Source: Candidatus Poseidoniaceae archaeon (GTDB lineage Archaea; Thermoplasmatota; Poseidoniia; Poseidoniales; Poseidoniaceae). From it: 64,000 bases of DNA. The translations under genes and the position numbers were made by a program. The stretch spans positions 596,053-660,052 of the forward strand of contig CALSTM010000003.1 of the NCBI GenBank assembly GCA_943789275.1, written 5' to 3'. Shown piece after piece: positions 55,354 to 63,456 of the stretch; the stretch's first letter is position 1, and each line of letters begins with the position of its first letter. The notes under the pieces were generated by a model. The model ran no database searches. It had not been told where the DNA came from and worked only from the letters and a program-made list of their open reading frames with translations.

Positions 55354-56880
55354 TCAACGAAGGCCGTCGACCCGCTCTAAGATTTCAGTTGGCCGGACAT
55401 AATACTCGGTGACGATTTGCGACACTTGGTCTGCCTTACGAATATCGTTCAAAACCATCCATTCAAGGATACGCTTTCGAGTACGCAATTCTCGTCGCAT
55501 ATCATCTTGTGAATAATTGAGTTTCACCATGATTTTCTCAAGAACATAGGATTTACCGCTAAAGATGAAATCATCACTGGTGACGTCCCAACGGAACACT
55601 TCGTTGGTGATGATTTCCAGAGAGTTCGGGTCGATACCGACAATCTCAACCAGTTGCTTCGTACGTCGAACACGCTTTCCATTGATACGGGTTTGAATCT
55701 GAATGCAACACGCTTCCAAAGCAGGCAGAAGAACACGCGGGATGTCAATCGGTTTGTTCTCTAACCGGTGGACAAGGGACGGTACGGAGTCGGCGTGGAC
55801 CGTTGAATATGCGCAGTGACCCGTCGCCATGGCTTGGAACAGAACGTAGGCTTCAGCACCACGAATCTCCCCGACAATGATGTATTCTGGCCGCTCACGA
55901 AGAGCCGCTTTGAGCAACTCGAACTCCCCAATGACACCGTCGGTCGATTCTCCACCGAAACCTTGCCGAGTAAGACCTGGCACCCAGTTTGGTTGAGGGA
56001 TATTGACTTCACGGGTTGATTCGATTGAGACGATTTTCATTTGCCAAGGAATGAAAATACACATGGCGTTGAGCGTCGTTGTCTTCCCGGAAGCAGTACC
56101 GCCGACAAACAGCATTGGAACTTCATTTTGGAATCCGATCCAAAGATAAGCGACCATTAACGACGACATGGTTCTGAACGCCACGATATCAGCAGGTGAG
56201 AACGGGTCGTCTTTGAATCGTCGAATACAGAAGGCTGAACCACGGGTTGAGATTTCGTGCCCAAGTTTCATGACAATTCGAGAACCATCCATCAGCGTAG
56301 CATCCAGCAATGGGTCGGCAACTGAAATGTGCTTGCCACAACGTTGGGCGAGTTTGATAACATAGGATTCCAATTCGTGGTCTGTGTTCCAAACGCAGGT
56401 TGTTTCAACCGATTCGAATTTCCGATGGTAGGCAAAGATCGGAACTCCAGTGCCGTCCATAGAAATATCTTCGACGTTAATGTCATTCATGAGGACATCC
56501 ATTTGCCCGTAACCAATCAGGTCTCGGCGCAAATAATAGAAAATCTTGGATTTCGACTTTTTATTTATTTTCATGCTATAGGCTTTGATGACTTTATCCA
56601 TAGCCGTTCGAATGTAGGCTTCCGGATTTGCATCGATTTCTTCGATGTTGGCCGTAAGGGAGCGAATGAAGATGTCGAGGATTTCATCTCGGTATTCTTG
56701 TTCTCTTTTGGTCATCGGTGGCTCGATGATTTGGTAGATGATGTTGAGCGTTTGCTTGTCACGAACGATGCGCGCAAAGGCGTGCGGTGGCATGACTGGG
56801 TACTTGTCGAGCTCGTCGTATTGGGCGCGTTGTTTGGCTCGCTGACGCTTGCCACCACCTTTGTTTTGTTTTCTTGCCAT
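55354..56880 (-). CDS. FlaI/TadA/VirB11-family type IV pilus or archaellum assembly ATPase.
   Basis: Walker A motif GGTASGKTTTLNA. Asp or His box ...EYIIVGEIRGAEAYVLFQAMATGH... The C-terminal zinc-less FlaI-like domain is ~500 aa. Confidence 0.9.
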   Translation of the reverse strand: MARKQNKGGGKRQRAKQRAQYDELDKYPVMPPHAFARIVRDKQTLNIIYQIIEPPMTKREQEYRDEILDIFIRSLTANIEEIDANPEAYIRTAMDKVIKAYSMKINKKSKSKIFYYLRRDLIGYGQMDVLMNDINVEDISMDGTGVPIFAYHRKFESVETTCVWNTDHELESYVIKLAQRCGKHISVADPLLDATLMDGSRIVMKLGHEISTRGSAFCIRRFKDDPFSPADIVAFRTMSSLMVAYLWIGFQNEVPMLFVGGTASGKTTTLNAMCIFIPWQMKIVSIESTREVNIPQPNWVPGLTRQGFGGESTDGVIGEFELLKAALRERPEYIIVGEIRGAEAYVLFQAMATGHCAYSTVHADSVPSLVHRLENKPIDIPRVLLPALEACCIQIQTRINGKRVRRTKQLVEIVGIDPNSLEIITNEVFRWDVTSDDFIFSGKSYVLEKIMVKLNYSQDDMRRELRTRKRILEWMVLNDIRKADQVSQIVTEYYVRPTEILERVDGLR

Positions 56881-57010
56881 ACGCGCACCCTCTGCCGAAG
56901 CATTTTGTCACACGCTATGGCCGACTATAACTCTTGGGTGAAAACAACCCCAAAAACCGTTACCTGCGAGCAGAATATTTTCTCCACAATCTCCGTTTTG
57001 ACGGCAGAGT

Positions 57011-57568
57011 TTATTCCTCGTTTTCAAACGCAGAAAGCCACTGTTCACAGGCGGCTTGAAACTGGTCGAGTTCAACGTTGTTATCAATCAAATAATTTGA
57101 TTCAGCAATGATTTGTTCAAGGCCCCATCCACGCTCTCGTGCATCACGAATCTCAAACGATTCTCGGTCACCGTCTTCCGAACGACCTCGGTTCTGAATC
57201 CGAGTAAATCGTGTATCGGGTGAAGCATCAACAGCCAAGGAAGAGAAGTTATTCCCCCAGCGTTGTTCAAAAACGATGCGTTCGGCCGTTCCTCGCATGC
57301 CCTCGATAAGGACAATTGAGTGGTTCTTCAAGTGTGCATCAACAGCGTCTGCCAGTCGCACTGCGAGTACATCTTCACCGTGTTCGGCACGTAACTGTGC
57401 TGCGATTTCACCAAAAATTCCTGGAGATTCTTCCAATTCTAACCGTCGAACTTCAGCACGAACCATGTCACCCATCGACAACACTGGGATGCCGTGTGAA
57501 TGCAGTACATTGGCGAACTCACCTTTGCCTGAGCCCGGCATACCGCACACTGCAACGACTCGGGCCAT
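57011..57568 (-). CDS. UPF0200-family archaeal P-loop nucleotide kinase (adenylate or dephospho-CoA-kinase-like).
   Basis: MARVVAVCGMPGSGKGEFA...VLSMGDMVR...IVLIEGMRG...RFTRIQNRGRSED...RDARERGWGLEQIIAESNYLIDN aligns with the archaeal UPF0200 family (MKIIGITGMPGSGKST...GIRG...RGRSDD...ERELSWG). The ATG at 57568 is chosen. Confidence 0.75.
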   Translation of the reverse strand: MARVVAVCGMPGSGKGEFANVLHSHGIPVLSMGDMVRAEVRRLELEESPGIFGEIAAQLRAEHGEDVLAVRLADAVDAHLKNHSIVLIEGMRGTAERIVFEQRWGNNFSSLAVDASPDTRFTRIQNRGRSEDGDRESFEIRDARERGWGLEQIIAESNYLIDNNVELDQFQAACEQWLSAFENEE

Positions 57569-57630
57569 GCTTGAACGGCGCAGCCGAATGCTCATCAAGA
57601 TACCTCCTTTCAGTAGCCAAAGTTTGCGTT

Positions 57631-59331
57631 TCAGTTTGAGAACTCCGCCTTGCCCCAACGTCGGTCCATCAACTTCCAAAGCAGTGCAGAGGCAAGAATC
57701 AAACCAACCGAGATAGCAATCATGCCTTTGTAACCTTGCTCAACCATGCTCTGGTCGTACATGGAAGCAGTCGCAGCCAGACCGTCTTGCGATGCTCGCT
57801 CCCACCAGTTCCCGTACAGTGACACGTCGCCTTGAGTGAACGACAGCAGGAACAACAGCAACAGCGGGACAACGGTTCCAATCCAAAACCAAATCATAAT
57901 CGATGCATCAAAAATGGCCTTGTTCGGACGTAAACCCATCAAGAAAGCCGTCAGAGCAACGATGTAAACGGAGTTCGCAAACATGACGATGATGCTGGTT
58001 GGAAGCGCACCCCATTCGTCCAATCGCCACGCCATGAGGACAATGAAAATCAGTGAGATCCATGATGTTGCAAGGAAGTAAACCACCACTTTTGCTCGAA
58101 TCAGTTGCGGGACACGGAGAGGGAGTCCGTTCATGAATTCCGGTGAGTCAAGTATGGTCAGCCATGAGTAGAAGTTGAATCCAAAGAAGCCGAGGAAAGG
58201 GGCATACGAAAGTAAATTGATTGGTATTGGGGCTTCTGCAAAGTCAACCAGCCACGCCATTCCAAGCAGAACAAGCAACGGAATGGCGTATGAAACGGTC
58301 ATTTTCTTGAGCGACCCCGAACGGAACAGGTCAACGAATTCTTTCGCCACGATGAGTCGAATCTCACCGCGCCCAAGGAAGCCCAATCGATTGTAAATCG
58401 GGAGAAACAATTCTTTTCGCTCGACAACTGATACGTCGAAGTCATCGATGATGAGGGTGGATGAAAGCCAACCCAATCCGACACTCCCGGCCAAGGCCAG
58501 TAAAGCAGTGAAAGGGTTCTGTGAATTCTGTACGCCGAGTCCCCAGAGCATCGAACCAATGTCGAATTTACCTAAGCCAATCGCGATTCCAAGTACAACG
58601 ATAAGTGCAGGTCCGACGATGGTGTACGGTCGTCCTCGCATCCACAGTGCTGAGGCAAAAAAGGCGATGGCAAGGCCTTGTGCAAGGGTGATAATCATCG
58701 CTAACCAAGTCCATGGCAGGCTTGACCATTCCAGTGGAGTCTTGATGTTCGCCGCCGATTCAAGCAGTATGCCAAGTGCCATTCCGGTGACCACAGGAGT
58801 GAGGATGAGCATGACATAGAAGCACAAGTCTTTGACAAAATAAGCAAAGTGAGCAACCGAATTCGGCAAGGGCTGCAGCGCTGGAGCTGCAAGGAGGTAA
58901 TTCTTGGTTCCTGCCCGGTGAACGATGGCGTCATGACCCATGAAAGCGAACGTACCCATTCCAAGACTGAACATCAACAAGGGGAGGTGGAGCGCAAATC
59001 GGAGTTCATCCCAAGTGAACGTTTTCGATTCCAAGTCGCTCACTTGGGCGGTCGAATCCCCAACTAAAAACTGCAAACCAATGGTCGTCACAGCGGTAAC
59101 CAACGTCAGTAGAAGCGGAAACAACACGATTTGTCGTTTTTTAGCGAACTCAATGCTTTTTCGTCCTTCCTCTTTGAACATCACTCGAAAGGTGGCAGAA
59201 AAGGCGTTCCAACCTCGCAACGGCTCGTGCAAGTGTTGCTGATGTGAACTGGTGCCAAGCGGCTCTTGCAGCGAATGTCCATCGCCAACCACTTCTTCCC
59301 AATCACGTGAGACAACGCTTACTCCTGGCAC
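57631..59331 (-). CDS. Large polytopic ABC-2-type transporter permease.
   Basis: A 566-aa protein with at least 12 hydrophobic helices. It has a GTG start and is separated by only 2 nt from the stop of the upstream ABC ATPase. Confidence 0.6.
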   Translation of the reverse strand: MPGVSVVSRDWEEVVGDGHSLQEPLGTSSHQQHLHEPLRGWNAFSATFRVMFKEEGRKSIEFAKKRQIVLFPLLLTLVTAVTTIGLQFLVGDSTAQVSDLESKTFTWDELRFALHLPLLMFSLGMGTFAFMGHDAIVHRAGTKNYLLAAPALQPLPNSVAHFAYFVKDLCFYVMLILTPVVTGMALGILLESAANIKTPLEWSSLPWTWLAMIITLAQGLAIAFFASALWMRGRPYTIVGPALIVVLGIAIGLGKFDIGSMLWGLGVQNSQNPFTALLALAGSVGLGWLSSTLIIDDFDVSVVERKELFLPIYNRLGFLGRGEIRLIVAKEFVDLFRSGSLKKMTVSYAIPLLVLLGMAWLVDFAEAPIPINLLSYAPFLGFFGFNFYSWLTILDSPEFMNGLPLRVPQLIRAKVVVYFLATSWISLIFIVLMAWRLDEWGALPTSIIVMFANSVYIVALTAFLMGLRPNKAIFDASIMIWFWIGTVVPLLLLFLLSFTQGDVSLYGNWWERASQDGLAATASMYDQSMVEQGYKGMIAISVGLILASALLWKLMDRRWGKAEFSN

Positions 59332-59333
59332 GG

Positions 59334-60125
59334 TTACTCCTCCTCAGTTTCTCCGTCCTTGACACCTTCGTTACTCAGCCGCTCAACATCTTCGATTGAG
59401 CGTCCAACCAAGCGGATGAAGACATCTTCCAACGTCTCTTCATCCGATGTTTTGAGTCCTTTAACGGTGCCAGCGGCGAGGACTTTGCCGTTGTTGATAA
59501 TCGCCATTCGGTTGCACATGCGCTCCGCCATTTCCAGAACGTGTGAACAGAGAAAAATCGTTCCACCGTTTTTCACATGTTCAAGGAGCCATTGGCGGCA
59601 TTTTCGCTGATAAATTGGGTCAAGGTTGGCAAACGGTTCATCGAGGAACAGGAGTTTCGGTTTGTGAATAAACGCAGCAGCAAGCATGACTTTTTGACGT
59701 TGACCTTTGGACAAATCTTTGCACATTGTGTCTCGCTTCTCATCCAGTCCAAACCAGTCAATCCAGTGCTCAACATTGTCATCGATACGGTCAACACTGC
59801 GGAGTTTTGCCACGAACTCAAGGAATTCTACAGGGGTAAGGAAGGACGGTGGTGATTCTGATTCAGGGACAATTCCGATGTTGGCTTTGACCTTCTGGGG
59901 GTCGGACACTGCATTGACTCCCAAAACTTCGATTCGACCTTTACTGGGTCGTAATTGGCCGGTGAGGAGTTTGATGAAGGTGGATTTCCCGGCACCGTTG
60001 GGGCCAAAAACACCGAAGAATTCACCGGCGTGAACTTCGACGTTCAGCGGATGAAGAGCAATGAAGTCACCGTATTTTTTGGCCATGTCTATTGCCTTAA
60101 CGAGCGGTGCGGTCGATTCAACCAT
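59334..60125 (-). CDS. ABC transporter ATP-binding protein.
   Basis: Walker A GPNGAGKSTFIKLL, ABC signature LSKGQRQKV, Walker B LLFLDEPFANLD and the H-loop CSHVLE are all present. The ATG at 60125 is chosen. Confidence 0.88.
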   Translation of the reverse strand: MVESTAPLVKAIDMAKKYGDFIALHPLNVEVHAGEFFGVFGPNGAGKSTFIKLLTGQLRPSKGRIEVLGVNAVSDPQKVKANIGIVPESESPPSFLTPVEFLEFVAKLRSVDRIDDNVEHWIDWFGLDEKRDTMCKDLSKGQRQKVMLAAAFIHKPKLLFLDEPFANLDPIYQRKCRQWLLEHVKNGGTIFLCSHVLEMAERMCNRMAIINNGKVLAAGTVKGLKTSDEETLEDVFIRLVGRSIEDVERLSNEGVKDGETEEE

Positions 60126-60212
60126 ACACTGTGTAAACGGTCGTGGTCTTTGAGTTCTTGGTTGACAGTTCATGAACGGTGAAATGATGAACTGAAACCG
60201 TTTGGCACAACC

Positions 60213-61055
60213 ATGAGCGCACCACAGTCGGATGTATTGTCCATCGAAATCCTTCCAGTAAACGACGAAGCAGACCTCGGTTCAATTGCTTGGGTCACCA
60301 TTAATCGACCCGATAAACTCAATGCACTCAACGCAGATGTCATGTCGAGCATCAAAGCAATGGTTGCGTGGGTGGAAGCAACAGATTCGGTTCGTGTCGT
60401 CGTACTCACTGGCGCTCAACCGAACGAACCTGCGGAAGGAAAGCGGGCCAAACCGAATGCATTTGTTGCCGGTGCCGACATCACCGAATTCGTTGGTAAG
60501 AAGAGCGATGATATCCGAGTAATGTTCACTGACAATGCTGTCGAAGCACTTTGGAATCTCAGTAAACCAACCATAGCCATGGTCGATGGGTTTGCATTGG
60601 GCGGTGGCTGTGAAGTTGCTTGCTCGTGTGATGTTCGTATTGCCAGCGACCGTTCACGGTTCGGGACCCCTGAAATCAACCTTGGACTGATTCCAGGCTA
60701 CGGTGCTACGCAGCGTTTGGTCGGATTGGTTGGCTACGGTAAAACCATGGAAATGATCATGACCGGAGAGATGGTTCATGCTGAGGAAGCACACAGAATT
60801 GGCTTAGCCAACCACGTATGCACTCCTGAAGAACTCCATGCGTTCACCCTCAAGATGGCCCAAACCATCGGTAGCAAATCCTCCAACACACTCCGGGTTG
60901 GAAAGGCAACCATTCGAGCAGCGCTCGATGTTGGTTTGACTGAGGGAGTTGCCATCGAGGCTGAAGCTTTCGCCAGCCTTTTTGATTCGAAGGACAAAGA
61001 GATTGGCGTGAACGCCTTTCTCAATCGGACAACCCCCGAATGGGAACATCAGTGA
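60213..61055 (+). CDS. Enoyl-CoA hydratase/isomerase (crotonase) family protein.
   Basis: VTINRPDKLNAL...VVLTGAQ...FVAGADITEF...MVDGFALGGGCEVACSCDVRIA...GTPEINLGLIPGYGATQRL is the crotonase signature. Confidence 0.85.
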   Translation: MSAPQSDVLSIEILPVNDEADLGSIAWVTINRPDKLNALNADVMSSIKAMVAWVEATDSVRVVVLTGAQPNEPAEGKRAKPNAFVAGADITEFVGKKSDDIRVMFTDNAVEALWNLSKPTIAMVDGFALGGGCEVACSCDVRIASDRSRFGTPEINLGLIPGYGATQRLVGLVGYGKTMEMIMTGEMVHAEEAHRIGLANHVCTPEELHAFTLKMAQTIGSKSSNTLRVGKATIRAALDVGLTEGVAIEAEAFASLFDSKDKEIGVNAFLNRTTPEWEHQ

Positions 61056-61097
61056 GCGTAGGTCGCTACCCTTGACGGTGGCTTTCGCCACCCTTAC

Positions 61098-61505
61098 CTA
61101 CCGGCTTCTGTAACCGTTTTCACGAGCAAACTCGCGGAAGTGCGGCATGTGTGCAGCATTCTTGTTCACGAAGGCGCGAGGCATGACACCGTCCCAGCGG
61201 CCAAACGTTTCGTTCCAAACGCGGTTGCAGACAGTGGATTGCAGTTCGCGAAGCAGGCGAAGGTTCGTTGCGTTCTTGGCAGCCTCGTTTGCACAGCAAG
61301 GACCCTTTGCAAGAGCAGCAGCGGCAGCAGCTGACTTTTGCTCTCGCTCGAGTAGCTTTGCAGCAACCCATGCCAGGCGAATTTCTTCTGCGCGATCGCT
61401 GTTAGCTGTCGCTGGACCCTTGTTGTTCCTTCGTGCGGTGGACTTACGGCCAGTTCGACGGTTCTTACCGTTGTGGTGGGGCTTAATCTTTCGGTTCGTT
61501 CTCAT
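61098..61505 (-). CDS. Hypothetical highly basic protein of 135 aa, possibly nucleic-acid-binding.
   Basis: The N-terminus MRTNRKIKPHHNGKNRRTGRKSTARRNNKGP is Arg/Lys-rich. There is a conserved-looking C-terminus GRWDGVMPRAFVNKNAAHMPHFREFARENGY. An overlapping + strand ORF looks less protein-like. Confidence 0.3.
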   Translation of the reverse strand: MRTNRKIKPHHNGKNRRTGRKSTARRNNKGPATANSDRAEEIRLAWVAAKLLEREQKSAAAAAALAKGPCCANEAAKNATNLRLLRELQSTVCNRVWNETFGRWDGVMPRAFVNKNAAHMPHFREFARENGYRSR

Positions 61506-61706
61506 GTATATATCTCTCCAATTTGCTTATGGCTTTGCCATGGCTTAGCCACGACATTGCGATTTCAGCGTTTTGGAGATTATTCGTTCATGTTTTCACC
61601 AGAAAGTAAGGCTGAGTATTACCCTGCCGTTCCTACAACTTAGAGTTGTGTCCACACTTTATCAATGAGTTGCGGGATGTCCCGTTTTTGAGCGTTTTAG
61701 GCGGAT

Positions 61707-62429
61707 TTAGAAGCCTATGACAATTTCCCAAGCGATAGCGAAAATCGCTACATCAGCACACGCATGAGCGATCCATGCAACCCAAATGCTACGGTATTCA
61801 AGGTACAGCCATGAAAAAATTGAACCTCCAATGAATACCCCCAAGGATGCAAGCAAAGCACCTACAGGGTCGAGGAAGACAAACAATGCAATCGAGTGGT
61901 GAAGGGTAAATATTGCTGATGAAATGAACGTTGAACGCCATTTCCCATCAACGAATTGTTCGACTTTGGAGGTGATAAACCATCGGAATACATATTCTTC
62001 AAGAACGGAATTAATGAACACCCAGAACACGATTGCTGCAGCCAACTTCCAAGGCGTGGTGAGTCCAACAGGATCGAGTATGGAGATCAGAACCTCAGGT
62101 TGCAACATCTGTTCTCCGAGCAGAAAATAAGCCAACCACACGACGATCATCATACCAGCGCCGAGCAACAGGGACATGCCCCAACCACCTTTTTTTGCTG
62201 GTGACCAAGAGAACGCTTGCTTTTCGATTTTCAAATGCCAAAATCCAGGAAGTCCGAACATCCAGAGTTTTGTGAAGATAAAAACGAACACAGAGAGAAT
62301 TCCTGCCTTGAATACATATCCGGTTGTGACTGAAATGCTTGGGGCTATGCTTACGAGAATTAATCCAAGTAAAGCCGTATTACGAGCACTTTTACCCGCA
62401 TTTTCCGGCAATGTGGTTTCACTCAACAT
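61707..62429 (-). CDS. CPBP-family (CAAX/Abi-type) intramembrane metalloprotease.
   Basis: Motif 1 NSVLEEYVFRWFI (EExxxR), motif 2 FTLHHS (FxxxH), and the C-terminal His block IAHACADV are present in a 6-7 TM protein. Confidence 0.78.
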   Translation of the reverse strand: MLSETTLPENAGKSARNTALLGLILVSIAPSISVTTGYVFKAGILSVFVFIFTKLWMFGLPGFWHLKIEKQAFSWSPAKKGGWGMSLLLGAGMMIVVWLAYFLLGEQMLQPEVLISILDPVGLTTPWKLAAAIVFWVFINSVLEEYVFRWFITSKVEQFVDGKWRSTFISSAIFTLHHSIALFVFLDPVGALLASLGVFIGGSIFSWLYLEYRSIWVAWIAHACADVAIFAIAWEIVIGF

Positions 62430-62487
62430 GACGCTTCAAACTGCTACATGACTCAAAGTCACTTCAATGTTGACCCGTACAAGCGGC

Positions 62488-63438
62488 TCAATCATCCATC
62501 TCTTTCTTCAACTGAGCCAGTGCACTGCTTGCATCGGGCAGAGGAAGGGCGGGAAGAGGGAGTGCTGCACCATCCGAACCAATCAATGCGGGCAGAGGCA
62601 GTCCATCCGGTCCGAGCAGAGGCGGTAGGGTTGGTTCTTCCTTTTTCTTGACCTGTTGGAATCCATCGTCCAACGGTGTACGAAGTTTGAGAATACGACC
62701 TTCATCGATACGAACAAACGTGGCACCGTAAATGTGCCCTGGCGTTGGATGTTCGGGTGAATCGAGAACAGAATGTCCGTGGCCCGGCGTTTGCAAGAGT
62801 TTGACGAGGTCTTCACCCGCAGTTTGCTCTTCCCACATGCGTGCTGTTGATGCACGAATGTCTGCCAATTGGCCTCTGCGTCGCATTTCAATCTTCTTTC
62901 GAATCTCGTCATGCTTGATTTTGCGTTGTGAAATAGCCATTTCGATATCAGCGTTTTCAACCGATTCGGGACTGACTTCGACGACGAATTCGTCTGCAAC
63001 GTGGACGTCTTCCATTTCCAACGTTACTTCGACCAAATTTTCTTCGGAAGTATCGGCTTGAGCGACCAGAGTTGCCGCGATCAATTCTTCTTGCTTGGAT
63101 TGAGCGGATTGAATTTTAGCCATTTTTCGTTCACGTAATGTGGCCCCGTCAAGTTCCTTTTCGGTAACGGGCTCAGGAATATCTGAATCGATTTCTTGCT
63201 CTTCAACTGATGGCTCAGGTTCTGAAGAGTTCGATGGAGCGGCTTTTCGAGCAGGTCGAGCAGCCTGTTTGGGTGCTCCCATCGTAATCCATGAAAAGGT
63301 GAGAATGAGGATTGCTGCAATGCACATCCACTTGAAATTCGAAGTGAGTGAGCCAGCAAAAAGAAGGTAGAAGGCAGCGATACTGAGGGCTGCAAGGCCA
63401 GTGACAGTACGTCCGAATCCCATGTCCCTCACTTCCAT
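62488..63438 (-). CDS. Hypothetical membrane protein with two N-terminal TM helices, an acidic linker and a C-terminal Pro/Leu-rich region.
   Basis: A 316-aa ORF. The TM helices are LAALSIAAFYLLFAGSL and MCIAAILILTFSWITM. No family is recognised. Confidence 0.4.
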   Translation of the reverse strand: MEVRDMGFGRTVTGLAALSIAAFYLLFAGSLTSNFKWMCIAAILILTFSWITMGAPKQAARPARKAAPSNSSEPEPSVEEQEIDSDIPEPVTEKELDGATLRERKMAKIQSAQSKQEELIAATLVAQADTSEENLVEVTLEMEDVHVADEFVVEVSPESVENADIEMAISQRKIKHDEIRKKIEMRRRGQLADIRASTARMWEEQTAGEDLVKLLQTPGHGHSVLDSPEHPTPGHIYGATFVRIDEGRILKLRTPLDDGFQQVKKKEEPTLPPLLGPDGLPLPALIGSDGAALPLPALPLPDASSALAQLKKEMDD

Positions 63439-63456
63439 CCAATTGGTTTTAACTTA

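Noticed and set aside
61147-61548. The + strand ORF (133 aa) overlapping the basic-protein gene.
   Set aside because: Its translation is low-complexity (Ala/Arg/Ser-rich) and lacks motifs. The minus-strand ORF has a more protein-like composition and a defined basic N-terminus, but both calls are weak.
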